The notes: generated from the sequence alone by a model not told the origin. A stretch of 64,000 nt of DNA from Parcubacteria group bacterium (GCA_002688135.1 NZCD01000031.1:4544-68543); one strand, 5' to 3'. Counted from the stretch's first letter, positions 31,705 through 41,236 are shown. Program-made: numbers and translations.

Positions 31705-32721
31705 TCAGTAAAAAATGGCTTCGGTTATTAATCGGGTGTTTGCGATGTTGGGATGGGTTGGGTCATTGAATCCTTCTTCGGATCCTCCGAAGCTTTGAAC
31801 TTCAGAGAAATTATAGAAGCTTATGTTGTCTGGCATCTCATCTGTAAAGAAAGTAATCAACCGTTCCTCAATCGCAATCAAATCCGTATCTTCAATCAAT
31901 CGTGCGCGTGTGATGGATGGCATAGGCAATAATACCACTTTCACCTGAAAATTGTTATCAATCGAATATCTAGCAAGCGAACGAAACGCTTCAAGTCGTT
32001 CCCACTGCGGCTCCGAAACATTCTCAAACAATGCGAGTGCGCGATAATAATTATCATCAATCTTAGCCTCATCATAAGGTGAATCTTGTGTATCTTGCAT
32101 GCCATTTGGCAAAAAGCTCACACGATCAGTTGGGAATCCAGATGCATGGAAAAATACTGCACGAAACATGTCAGCAATGTATTGTGCATTCAATTTATCT
32201 TTCAATGTGCGAGGAGCACGCTTCCTTAAAGGAGTTGGCGGTTCAGCTAAATATTGTTTGAGGTATTTGTTATTCAAAAGTTGTGTCTCAATTGGGTCAT
32301 TATTGAAAGCACCTGCAGAAAAACCAATAATCAAAGTTTCAGGATGAGCAATTTGCTGTTCAGCCAAATAATGGATGATCGCGTCATGATCTTCGCTACG
32401 ACCATAAGAAACAGAAGCATTAAAAGCTCGTTTTCCTGTAAGCTCAAAAATCTGTGCAGGATCCATTGTAAATGTTCGAGATGATCCAAAAATCAAAATC
32501 TCTGGTTTCTCATCCAGTGATGTGATCATTTCCAATTTTTCAGATCTGTTGGTAAGTACAAGTGGTTCAACCAATCCTGTTCCAAAGTCTTCATGCGGAT
32601 CAATGAGAAATGCACCAGCTAGAACAAACAACGAGAAAACAAGAAATCCAGAAATCAGAAAAACAAAAAATTTGCCCTCTGCTGTTTTCAGTGCGGTTTT
32701 CCATCGCGAAAGGAATGACAT
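31705..32721 (-). CDS. SGNH-like periplasmic partner of the MBOAT (AlgJ/DltD-like)
   Basis: N-terminal TM segment, block-I LIFGSSR, C-terminal DPTH (DxxH); directly upstream of the MBOAT gene. Confidence 0.65.
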   Translation of the reverse strand: MSFLSRWKTALKTAEGKFFVFLISGFLVFSLFVLAGAFLIDPHEDFGTGLVEPLVLTNRSEKLEMITSLDEKPEILIFGSSRTFTMDPAQIFELTGKRAFNASVSYGRSEDHDAIIHYLAEQQIAHPETLIIGFSAGAFNNDPIETQLLNNKYLKQYLAEPPTPLRKRAPRTLKDKLNAQYIADMFRAVFFHASGFPTDRVSFLPNGMQDTQDSPYDEAKIDDNYYRALALFENVSEPQWERLEAFRSLARYSIDNNFQVKVVLLPMPSITRARLIEDTDLIAIEERLITFFTDEMPDNISFYNFSEVQSFGGSEEGFNDPTHPNIANTRLITEAIFY

Positions 32722-32729
32722 AGTGGGCT

Positions 32730-32758
32730 ATTTTAGGCATATTCACCCTGCATGTCAA
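32730..32758 (-). promoter_or_regulatory. Sigma70 promoter, near-leaderless
   Basis: Minus strand TTGACA-17 nt-TAAAAT, 8 nt before ATG 32721. Confidence 0.65.
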
Positions 32759-32817
32759 AAGGTTGCTTTTCGCACAATGTCATGATACGATACGAATCAA
32801 TAATTTCATATAAATCT

Positions 32818-33369
32818 ATGGAAAAACCAGCATACAAAACGCTATCAAAAGAGGTGTTTTTCAAAACGCCGTGGACGACATTCATGCACAATAAATTCGC
32901 CATGCCAAACGGCAAAGAGGGCAATTATTGGTATGTACACACAAAAGGATCATCATTTGTGATTCCAGTACTACAAGACGGACGAATCCTCTTGGGACAT
33001 CAATACAGATATCTCACAGACCGAATGTCATACGAATTTGCTGGCGGAAGTGTAAATGAAGATAAGACATATGAAGAAGCAGCACGACAAGAATTAGAAG
33101 AAGAGTTGGGATACACCGCACAAAACATAAAAGAGGTTGGCGAGTTTTGTCCGATGAATGGTGTAACAGATGAAATCTGCAAAGTGTACGTTGCGACAGG
33201 AATTGAAAAGACAGCACAAAATTTGGAAGAGACAGAACAGATCGAAGAACTCACATTTTCACCAGAAGAGTTTGATAGAATGATTGCAGAGGGAAAGATG
33301 GATGATGGCATGACACTGGCCGCTTGGGCACTCGCACGACCACATTTAGGAGTAACTTGTAAGGAATAA
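32818..33369 (+). CDS. NUDIX hydrolase (ADP-ribose/NDP-sugar pyrophosphatase-like)
   Basis: QYRY and Nudix box EFAGGSVNEDKTYEEAARQELEEELG. Start taken at MEKPAYK. Confidence 0.88.
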   Translation: MEKPAYKTLSKEVFFKTPWTTFMHNKFAMPNGKEGNYWYVHTKGSSFVIPVLQDGRILLGHQYRYLTDRMSYEFAGGSVNEDKTYEEAARQELEEELGYTAQNIKEVGEFCPMNGVTDEICKVYVATGIEKTAQNLEETEQIEELTFSPEEFDRMIAEGKMDDGMTLAAWALARPHLGVTCKE

Positions 33370-33380
33370 ATTATTAACCA

Positions 33381-33449
33381 TGTCATTCCGGCGAAGGCCG
33401 GAATCCATCTCGATAGTCAGCATGGATCCCGGCCTTCGCCGGGATGACA
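33381..33449. repeat. TGTC-tagged REP-like doublet
   Basis: tgtcattccggcgaaggccggaatccat-13 nt-atggatcccggccttcgccgggatgaca; the loop is close to the reverse complement of the 31618 loop. Confidence 0.9.
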
Positions 33450-33458
33450 AGAAAAAAT

Positions 33459-34172
33459 ATGCAAAACGAATTTGCAGCAGAACAATACTTCGACCTATCC
33501 GGCTACATGCACAAAGAGCTATTCGAAGGAACAGAATTTGTCTGGGAAGCATTTAACAACTCGGAAAAATATTTAGAAAAACTATTTTCAGAAACTCCTA
33601 AAGACCAATGGCACCAAGGAAACATTTCTGACCAAGCAATTATCAAAGGAGATGTGATTATTGCTAAAGATGCAAAGATTGAACCAACTGCATATATCGA
33701 AGGACCATGTTATATCGGGCCTCGTGCAATTGTTGGAACAGGAGCGTATATTCGTGGATTAACAATTCTAGGCGAACGATCAATCATCGGACATTGTACA
33801 GAAGCAAAAAATACAATCATGCTTGATTACGCATGCGCACCACACTTCAACTTCATCGGCGACTGCATCATGGGAGCACGATCAAACATCGGAGCAGGTG
33901 TGATTTTGGCAAACTTCAGATTAGACGCAAAAGAAGTGCCAGCTGGAAACACCACGACAGGAATGACAAAGTTTGGTGCAATTTTGGGTGACGACGTAAA
34001 AGTTGGATGTAACGCAGTTCTCGAACCAGGCATGTTTATTCAGAAGGATGCATGGGTTGGCCCAACACAATATCTACGACGAGGGGTATACAAAAAAGGA
34101 GAACGTCATGCAGATTTAATTCGATTTGAAAAGGAGATGTTGATGATAGCAAGGGAAAAAGAACTAGCGTAA
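33459..34172 (+). CDS. Left-handed beta-helix acetyltransferase (GlmU C-terminal-like)
   Basis: Hexapeptide repeats; motifs APHFNFIGDCIMG, NIGAGVILAN, KFGAILGD. Confidence 0.8.
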   Translation: MQNEFAAEQYFDLSGYMHKELFEGTEFVWEAFNNSEKYLEKLFSETPKDQWHQGNISDQAIIKGDVIIAKDAKIEPTAYIEGPCYIGPRAIVGTGAYIRGLTILGERSIIGHCTEAKNTIMLDYACAPHFNFIGDCIMGARSNIGAGVILANFRLDAKEVPAGNTTTGMTKFGAILGDDVKVGCNAVLEPGMFIQKDAWVGPTQYLRRGVYKKGERHADLIRFEKEMLMIAREKELA

Positions 34173-34178
34173 AAAAGC

Positions 34179-34263
34179 TAGGTGTAAGGTTTTAGGTGTA
34201 AGGTGTAAGCAAAAAAATCGCGAAGCGATCCTTAAACCTCAAACCTAAAACCTTACACCTAAA
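34179..34263. repeat. Heptamer-array inverted repeat element C (wAGGTnT arms)
   Basis: taggtgt/aaggttt/taggtgt/aaggtgt ... atcgcgaagcgat (34217-34229) ... cttaaac/ctcaaac/ctaaaac/cttacac. Confidence 0.85.
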
Positions 34264-34269
34264 TCCAAT

Positions 34270-34914
34270 ATGCACACAAAAGAACAACTCGAAGAAATCT
34301 ACGAACAAGTCCCGGCAACATACTGGGACGATTCGTATGCTAACAATCGAATGCAGAAACTGTATTATGATATGCGATTCAAACATGTGAATCGTATGCT
34401 CGCAGACGTTCCAGAAGCGGGAAGAGTTTTGGATGTTGGATGCTCATCAGGATTTTCGTTGAGCCACTACTCCAAGGCGCGCCCTGATATTCATTATGCT
34501 GGAGCAGATGTTGCGGAACATCATATTGCATATGCAAAACAAGAGCGTCCGCAGTTTACATTTGCGCATGCTCCAGCAGAAGCTCTACCATTTGAGGAAA
34601 ACACATTCGACGCAGTCACGATGCTGGATGTAATAGAGCATGTTGTTGATTTGGATAAAACTCTTTCAGAAGTAAAACGTGTATTAAAACCAGGAGGAAG
34701 TTTCATTGTATTTGTTGTTGAAGAACATCATGTGGTATTCCAAGTGATTTGGTGGTTCTGGTTAAAAACAAAAGGAAAAGTTTGGGAGGAAGCACATTTG
34801 CGAGATTATGATAAGAAGAGTTTGATTGCTGATTTGGAAAAAGCTGGATTTACAATTGATGAATTTAAAAGATCGCATGGGACGACATGTCTCATTGTGA
34901 AGGCAATATGTTGA
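34270..34914 (+). CDS. Class I SAM-dependent methyltransferase
   Basis: Motifs VLDVGCSSG, LPFEENTFD, LDVIEH, LKPGG. Confidence 0.9.
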   Translation: MHTKEQLEEIYEQVPATYWDDSYANNRMQKLYYDMRFKHVNRMLADVPEAGRVLDVGCSSGFSLSHYSKARPDIHYAGADVAEHHIAYAKQERPQFTFAHAPAEALPFEENTFDAVTMLDVIEHVVDLDKTLSEVKRVLKPGGSFIVFVVEEHHVVFQVIWWFWLKTKGKVWEEAHLRDYDKKSLIADLEKAGFTIDEFKRSHGTTCLIVKAIC

Positions 34915-37517
34915 CGATCGTCATTCCTTGTTACAACGAAGAAGATAATATTCCAGGATTAAAGACCATTCTAGAACCAGAGCTCAAAGCTCTGGATCTT
35001 GATTATGAGATTGTGGCGATCGATGACGGAAGCATAGATAGTACGCAGGCACGCTTATATGAAAGTGATGTAGAAAATTTACGAGTCGTTCAGCATTTCA
35101 AAAATGGGGGAGTCGGCGCTGCAATCAGAACAGGAATTGCACACGCGCAAGGAGATCAAATTGTATTGCTGGATTCTGACATGACATTTCATCCAAAGTA
35201 TATTAAAGATTTAAAAGAGAGATACGACCAAGGTGATGTAGAAGCTGTGATAGGATCGCATGGGTTGGCTGGATATGCAGATGACATTCCAAAATGGCGT
35301 GTAGGGGTAAGCAAGGCAGCGAATCTTGCATACTCGCTTGCGGCTGGAACACGAGTCCATGGAATAAGTTCCATTTTCAGAATAATGGATGCAGAAGCAG
35401 CAAGACGAGTAAAACTCGAAACAACAAGTTTTGATACTCCAACAGAATTATTTTTCAAAATGCATTTCGATGGATCACGATATGTGGAAATCCCAACACC
35501 AATCGGCAATCGTGAATTCGGATCATCAAAATTAGATTACAAAAAAGAAATCCCTCGCCACATGAAATTACTTTCGAGAGTATTTGGGTGGCGACTCAAG
35601 TCTAAAAAAAAAGCGATAAGTGCCAAAGGCACTTGTCGTCCCGGCGAAGGCCGGGATCCAGTGAGGAAACCACATAAGCTTGCATGGCTGGTAGCGCTCG
35701 CAATTGTTGCGCTCTATGCACTCCCACACGTTCTCATCCCTCAATGGCAAGCAGCTGCTGGAATTGAAGGATATCACCCATACTCGCTAAATGTTCCTAT
35801 ATTAGATGACGTAGCAGCATACGGAACAAGAATGCGCGAGGTGTTTGATGGACACATCGCGGACGGAGATGCATATCTCGCAGAATATAAAAATCATGAC
35901 ACAGCTTGGGGAAATATCGCACTAGCTTTTATATTAGGATTACCTGGACTGATCTTAGGATTAACTGATCCCACAAACTTATTCCTATTTTATTCAGTCA
36001 TATTTCCAGCCCTAGCTTTTTTCGTACTATACAAACTCTCATACAAAATACTCGGAAAGCGAGAAATTCCAGCGGTACTGCTCGCACTTGTCACAACGAT
36101 ATTCCCCAACATCCTCATTGCAATCCGCGCAGGATTATCTAACCCTTCGCTCTTCCACCCATTTCAATTTGTCGCCACCGCATTTGATCCAGCACTCACC
36201 CGAAGCTTCATACCATCACCAGGAATAATAATTTGGTTTGGATTCATGTATATGCTGTATCGTGTGGTGGTCGAAAAAAGAAAACAAGATATCATGAAGG
36301 CAGGCCTGCTCTTAGGCGCGCTATTTTATGTCTACTTCTACTATGCTGCATTTGCAGCATTCACAACAATCATAATCACCGCACTACTGTATTTCAGAAA
36401 ACGAGCGCATGAAACAATGTTGGTGGGCATAACCGGTCTTATTGTCGCATTACCATATTTCATCAAAACATTTAGTTTACAGGCACAACCATACTATCAC
36501 GCAATGTCAGAGCGAGTTGGGTTAGTATTCGGAAGAACATTTGATCAGTCATCTTACAAAACCATTCTCATCACATTATTTGTGATTGCTATCGCCGGTA
36601 TTGTCATCAAAAACAAAAATAAAGTAACGTTTCTTGCAGGAGCTTTATTGCCAATTGGAATCGTATTAAATCTTCAATTGTTACTCGGATTCAACCCACA
36701 ACCAGATCATTGGGGATCTCGCGTAAACGTTTACATGCTTGTCTGGACAATTGGTGTCGTTACATACGCTATCTACCACAAAATAAAACCAGATAAGAAT
36801 TGGAAAAAAGCGGAGCGACTTTCCATGCTTGCGGTGATCTTACTATTGTTGGGAAGTGCATTTCACATACATCTCAACGAAAGAAAAGTAACTGCAGCTC
36901 GCTATACAATCGCGCCAGATATTCAGGAATCATTTGCATGGATCAATGAGAATGTAGATAAAGATAGCGTGATAATCTCACCATCAACCAGAACAAGTAC
37001 CTACACACCATTCTTCACACATGCAAATGTATATGTACCCCTCGCATGCTACACCGTCGCAGATCACGATGAAGTTATAGAAAGATACAACTACACTCGT
37101 CATCTATTTCGCGTGACACAGGAAATGACAAACAACACTCTCAAAGGTTCATACAACGAGTTCGAAAATCCGGTGCGTGCAATTGATTTGGATAATATTT
37201 ATACGGTATTTTGTGATACATTAAGAACACGCTACGGAAAGGACTACACAAATTCAGGAAGTGAAAGAGTATTGCCAGAAAAAGAAGAGAAGCAAATTCA
37301 GGATAGCTACGACAGTATACAGCTTTCAGGAATAGTAAAGCTCCCACATCAAGCAAACTACATCTATAATGGCCCGCATGAAAAATTCCTGGGAAATTTC
37401 AATCCAGATGAATGGGATAACATCGAACAAGTATATAGCGAAGGCCAAGTAGACATCTATAAAATCCTGGATCCCGCCGAAGTTTATGCTGGCGACAGCG
37501 AGGCAGTGCGGGAATGA
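34908..37517 (+). CDS. GT2 glycosyltransferase fused to a multi-pass membrane (GT-C-like) protein
   Basis: MLTIVIPCYNEE, IDDGS, LDSD. The C-terminal ~620 aa resemble 42373-44220 (LNLQLLLGFNP, WINEN..SVIISPS). Confidence 0.75.
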   Translation: MLTIVIPCYNEEDNIPGLKTILEPELKALDLDYEIVAIDDGSIDSTQARLYESDVENLRVVQHFKNGGVGAAIRTGIAHAQGDQIVLLDSDMTFHPKYIKDLKERYDQGDVEAVIGSHGLAGYADDIPKWRVGVSKAANLAYSLAAGTRVHGISSIFRIMDAEAARRVKLETTSFDTPTELFFKMHFDGSRYVEIPTPIGNREFGSSKLDYKKEIPRHMKLLSRVFGWRLKSKKKAISAKGTCRPGEGRDPVRKPHKLAWLVALAIVALYALPHVLIPQWQAAAGIEGYHPYSLNVPILDDVAAYGTRMREVFDGHIADGDAYLAEYKNHDTAWGNIALAFILGLPGLILGLTDPTNLFLFYSVIFPALAFFVLYKLSYKILGKREIPAVLLALVTTIFPNILIAIRAGLSNPSLFHPFQFVATAFDPALTRSFIPSPGIIIWFGFMYMLYRVVVEKRKQDIMKAGLLLGALFYVYFYYAAFAAFTTIIITALLYFRKRAHETMLVGITGLIVALPYFIKTFSLQAQPYYHAMSERVGLVFGRTFDQSSYKTILITLFVIAIAGIVIKNKNKVTFLAGALLPIGIVLNLQLLLGFNPQPDHWGSRVNVYMLVWTIGVVTYAIYHKIKPDKNWKKAERLSMLAVILLLLGSAFHIHLNERKVTAARYTIAPDIQESFAWINENVDKDSVIISPSTRTSTYTPFFTHANVYVPLACYTVADHDEVIERYNYTRHLFRVTQEMTNNTLKGSYNEFENPVRAIDLDNIYTVFCDTLRTRYGKDYTNSGSERVLPEKEEKQIQDSYDSIQLSGIVKLPHQANYIYNGPHEKFLGNFNPDEWDNIEQVYSEGQVDIYKILDPAEVYAGDSEAVRE
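35634..35660 (+). repeat. TGTC-tagged REP-like unit inside the CDS at the domain junction
   Basis: tgtcgtcccggcgaaggccgggatcca, read in frame as CRPGEGRDP. Confidence 0.85.
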
Positions 37518-37519
37518 CA
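37468..37519 (-). repeat. Degenerate TGTC-tagged repeat supplying the stop codon
   Basis: tggatcccgc...gcgggaatgaca; TGA 37515-37517 lies inside it. Confidence 0.6.
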
Positions 37520-37520
37520 T

Positions 37521-38480
37521 ATGAAAAAAGTCGCACTCAACGTAAATTTTGATTCCCTATATTTTCCACTTTCAATAGATCGGAAAAGAAATTTAGATCC
37601 AACATTTTTTAAAGTTGCAGATAGATTTTTTGAGATGGCAAAAAAATATGACTTCAAGTTTTCCATTTATGTGATTGGAAGGGATTTGGAAAATGAGCGT
37701 GTTGCAGATCAAGTAAAAAAATGGCACGAGGCTGGACATGAAATCGGAAATCATTCTTGGACACATCACGGAAATCTCGGCGCAACAGAACCACAAAAAC
37801 AAAAAGATGAAATTATGCGAACGCATGAAAGAATTACAGAAGTGATTGGAGAAGAACCGAAAGGATACATTTCACCAACATGGAGCATGAGCCCCACATC
37901 AATTCAGACATTATTAGATTTGGGATACATATACGATACTTCTGCATTTCCATCACCAGTTATGTTGGCAGCAATTGCCAAGTTAAAATTCAATTCAAGA
38001 ACAGACCAAAAATTCGATGCAAACTTCATGTCACGAAATGACAAACGAGTATTATTATATGGAACAAGAAAACCATACTTGATAAGACCAGAAAAACTAC
38101 ACAAACCAAACACAGAAGGATTGCTCATGCTGCCAGTCCCAACTGTCACACCGATGCGGCTCCCAGTCTGGCATACCATGGCATTCATGTGGCCTTTAAA
38201 AATTCATCTCTGGGCGCTCAAACAAGCAATGAAAAAAGATGGATTCTACTACATCATGCATCCTGCTGATATTGCGAATTATGAAGAAGATTTTGATCCT
38301 GCTATTGTAAAAGAGTATAAAGACGAGCTCGCAGTATTTGAAAGAATGTCAGACACCATCGAAAAGAAAATGTATCTATTCGAATCTGCAATCAAAACAA
38401 TGTCGACAAACGCAAAACTGGTAACTGTTCGTGAGGTAGCTGAAGACATCCTAAAAGAAAAAAAATATGCACAAGGATAA
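37521..38480 (+). CDS. Polysaccharide deacetylase (CE4/NodB-like)
   Basis: Motifs NFD, GHEIGNHSWTH, GYISPTW, YIYDTS, MHPAD. Confidence 0.85.
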   Translation: MKKVALNVNFDSLYFPLSIDRKRNLDPTFFKVADRFFEMAKKYDFKFSIYVIGRDLENERVADQVKKWHEAGHEIGNHSWTHHGNLGATEPQKQKDEIMRTHERITEVIGEEPKGYISPTWSMSPTSIQTLLDLGYIYDTSAFPSPVMLAAIAKLKFNSRTDQKFDANFMSRNDKRVLLYGTRKPYLIRPEKLHKPNTEGLLMLPVPTVTPMRLPVWHTMAFMWPLKIHLWALKQAMKKDGFYYIMHPADIANYEEDFDPAIVKEYKDELAVFERMSDTIEKKMYLFESAIKTMSTNAKLVTVREVAEDILKEKKYAQG

Positions 38481-39243
38481 ACTTCGCATAGCAATCTTCA
38501 CAGAACAAGACTACGCATTTCTATTTCCCGCATGGAAAAAGTTTTTAGATTCAGAAGAAAGCTATCAGGTGGTCGGAATTTTCGTATTTCCTAATTTGCT
38601 CGGCAAACACAAAGGGCTACAGGTCCCACTTTACTATCTCAAAACATTTGGAATTATCACGGTATTGAAATTAATTTGGATTACAACGGTCGCAACATTC
38701 AAGCGATATTTCACCGATGGCCCACATTCATACAAAGATCTCGCACATAGACATTCAGCTGCATTTGAAAAACATTCAAATCCAAATAAACAAAATGTCA
38801 TAGATCGAATGAAAGAGCTCGACGTTGATATTATACTTTCAACTTGCGGCTATATTTTCAAAAAGAAAATTCTCGAAGCCCCAAAAATCGGAGTGATAAA
38901 TAAGCACGCGGGACCACTCCCATCTTACAGAGGATTGATGCCGGTTTTCTGGACACTACTTGAAGCAAAACAAAAGGTAGGTGTAACAATTCATTTTATG
39001 GATGAAAAGATTGATAAAGGAACTATGATTCTTCAGCACAACTACAAACAGGATTTTAAAACGGTTGAAGAAGCCTACACGCAAGTATACAAAGATTTCC
39101 CGAAGATGATGTGGGACGCGCTGGACATCGTGCAAGCCGGTGGACCATATCCAAAATACCCAGAACGCGATCAATCCTACTTCTCACTCCCAACCCGAAA
39201 CGACAACAAATGGCTTAAAAAGCAGGGTAAACGCTTTATTTAG
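38467..39243 (+). CDS. Formyltransferase family protein (putative sugar N-formyltransferase)
   Basis: Motifs INKHAGPLPSYRGLMPVFW, GVTIHFMDEKIDKG. Confidence 0.85.
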   Translation: MHKDKLRIAIFTEQDYAFLFPAWKKFLDSEESYQVVGIFVFPNLLGKHKGLQVPLYYLKTFGIITVLKLIWITTVATFKRYFTDGPHSYKDLAHRHSAAFEKHSNPNKQNVIDRMKELDVDIILSTCGYIFKKKILEAPKIGVINKHAGPLPSYRGLMPVFWTLLEAKQKVGVTIHFMDEKIDKGTMILQHNYKQDFKTVEEAYTQVYKDFPKMMWDALDIVQAGGPYPKYPERDQSYFSLPTRNDNKWLKKQGKRFI

Positions 39244-39247
39244 CAAG

Positions 39248-39278
39248 AAAAATCCACTACGATATATGTGGGTTTTTT
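39248..39278 (+). terminator. Probable terminator
   Basis: aaaaatccac...gtgggtttttt after the stop codon. Confidence 0.5.
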
Positions 39279-39280
39279 GA

Positions 39281-39309
39281 TTGACATTTTAGCCACAGAT
39301 GCTTATACT
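39281..39309 (+). promoter_or_regulatory. Sigma70 promoter
   Basis: TTGACA-17 nt-TATACT. Confidence 0.75.
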
Positions 39310-39313
39310 CTGA

Positions 39314-39475
39314 AGAATCTAGTAAGGAAATAACGTTCGGTAGATTAGGTTGATATTGGTCTTCAGTGCTGTGCATAAGCGAGAAGGCGATGTATGCGCA
39401 TCGCCGACGAGCTTTAAGCAGTACTGAAGAGGAAGAGCATCCTAAGATACCAACTTTATTTCCTTAATAGATTCT
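39314..39475 (+). repeat. Long imperfect hairpin H1 (structured element)
   Basis: agaatctagtaaggaaataa...ttatttccttaatagattct; core aagc-GAGAA-ggcgatg-tatgcg-catcgcc-GACGA-gctt. Confidence 0.8.
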
Positions 39476-39480
39476 AGATT

Positions 39481-40101
39481 ATGCAAGACGCGATTCAAGT
39501 GCCAAAAAGCCATTATGACATGAAATATGACCACAAAGCGCGGTGGTTGTCGTATTGGTATCAGATTCAATTGGTGATGAGTTTCAAGCCTGAAACTGTG
39601 CTTGAGGTTGGCTTAGGAAATGCACTTGTGAGAAACTATTTAGTGAGGCAGGGGGTGCGTGTGACTACAATTGACATTGATGAAGAATTGCATCCAGATA
39701 TTCTTGGATCAGCCACAGACATTCCAGCAGGAGATAATACATATGATGTTGTGCTTGCAGGACAGATCATCGAGCATCTCCCATACGAAGACGCAAAAAA
39801 AGCAATGCGAGAAATTCATCGAGTTTGCGCAAAGGGTGCGATGATTTCAGTTCCGGATTCACGAAAGACATTATTCAAAGCAGGATTCCACATTCCAAAA
39901 ATTGGATGGAAAGATTTGTTTGTGAAAATCCCATCAGGAAAAGTTCATGAGTTTGATGGACAACATTATTGGGAAATAGGAAAGCGTGGGCATTCACTCA
40001 AAAAAGTTCGAAAGGATTTAGGAGATGCTGGCTTCACTATCGAATCAGACATGGTTCCAGCAGACGTTCCAACCAAACATTTTTTCAGATTGGAGAAGTA
40101 A
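39481..40101 (+). CDS. Class I SAM-dependent methyltransferase
   Basis: Motifs RWLSYWYQ, VLEVGLG, TIDID, IIEHLP, HYWEIG. Confidence 0.85.
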   Translation: MQDAIQVPKSHYDMKYDHKARWLSYWYQIQLVMSFKPETVLEVGLGNALVRNYLVRQGVRVTTIDIDEELHPDILGSATDIPAGDNTYDVVLAGQIIEHLPYEDAKKAMREIHRVCAKGAMISVPDSRKTLFKAGFHIPKIGWKDLFVKIPSGKVHEFDGQHYWEIGKRGHSLKKVRKDLGDAGFTIESDMVPADVPTKHFFRLEK

Positions 40102-40102
40102 T

Positions 40103-41236
40103 ATGAAATTATCCTACATCGCAAACATGAGGCTTCCATCAGACCGCGCACATGCATGGCAAATTATGCGCATGTGTCAGGCTTTTGCGAACAATAATCA
40201 TGATGTCACGCTCTACGTTCCAAAACGTAAAACAGATAGTGATAAAAATCCGTTCGAGTATTACAACTTACAACCAAATTTCAAAATCAAAAGAATTCCA
40301 GTCATTGATCTATTTCCTATCAAATGGATGCCACGCAAAATCGCGTACTGGGTAAACACATTCACGTTTTCAATCGGACTCATGTTCAAATTGGGAAAGA
40401 TGAAAAAAGGTATCGTATATTCCCGTGATCCATTCTCAACCTTCGCAATCGGAAGATTCGTGAAAGATTGGTGTTACGAAGTTCACGACTCCCCTAAAAA
40501 AACATTTCTCAATAAGATTCTCTTTGGCGGAATCAAGCATGTTGTTGCGACAAATACATGGAAAAGAAATCAGCTCGCTGATACTTTCAATCTAAACAAA
40601 GATGAAATGAACATCGCGCATCATGGGGTTGATGTAGATGTATTTGCAGAACTCCCTCAAAAGCATGAGGCATTTCGCGTAACAGGATTATCACCGCAAT
40701 ATAATCACGTGGTATACACAGGCCATTTATTTGAATGGAAGGGTGTATATGCACTAGCACGAGCTTCACGATTTCTCGATCAAAATACACGCGTTGTGCT
40801 GGTGGGAGGGACTCCAGAAGATGTAGAAAAGATGCAGGATTTCATCGATAGAGAGCAATTAGACCGCGTACAATTAACAGGTTTCAAACAGCGAGCCGAC
40901 ATGCTACACTATGTGGCTTGTGCTGATTTATTCGTCATTCCAACTTCAGCGAAATTCCAAATTGGAATGTATGAATCATCACCACTCAAGTTATTTGAAT
41001 ACATGGCAACTGGAAAACCTATTGTTGCGACAGACCTTCCAGCTATACGTGATATTGTAGATGAGACCATGGTAGAGTTTTGCGAACCGGACAAGGCTTC
41101 GCAGTTAGCACAAATCATCACGCAAACATTAGAACAACCATCACAACAAAAAATACAAACAGCTGCTGACTATGTGAAAAAGAATACATGGGAAGCACGC
41201 GCAAAAAAATTAGTAACATTCATACATGGAAAATAG
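40103..41236 (+). CDS. Glycosyltransferase family 4
   Basis: MKLSYIANMRLPSDRAH, HGVD, YTGHL, SPLKLFEYMA. Confidence 0.9.
   Translation: MKLSYIANMRLPSDRAHAWQIMRMCQAFANNNHDVTLYVPKRKTDSDKNPFEYYNLQPNFKIKRIPVIDLFPIKWMPRKIAYWVNTFTFSIGLMFKLGKMKKGIVYSRDPFSTFAIGRFVKDWCYEVHDSPKKTFLNKILFGGIKHVVATNTWKRNQLADTFNLNKDEMNIAHHGVDVDVFAELPQKHEAFRVTGLSPQYNHVVYTGHLFEWKGVYALARASRFLDQNTRVVLVGGTPEDVEKMQDFIDREQLDRVQLTGFKQRADMLHYVACADLFVIPTSAKFQIGMYESSPLKLFEYMATGKPIVATDLPAIRDIVDETMVEFCEPDKASQLAQIITQTLEQPSQQKIQTAADYVKKNTWEARAKKLVTFIHGK

Noticed and set aside
39314-39475. tRNA or known riboswitch
   Set aside because: It is a single rod-like hairpin with no cloverleaf, T-loop or CCA, and no aptamer consensus that I recognise.
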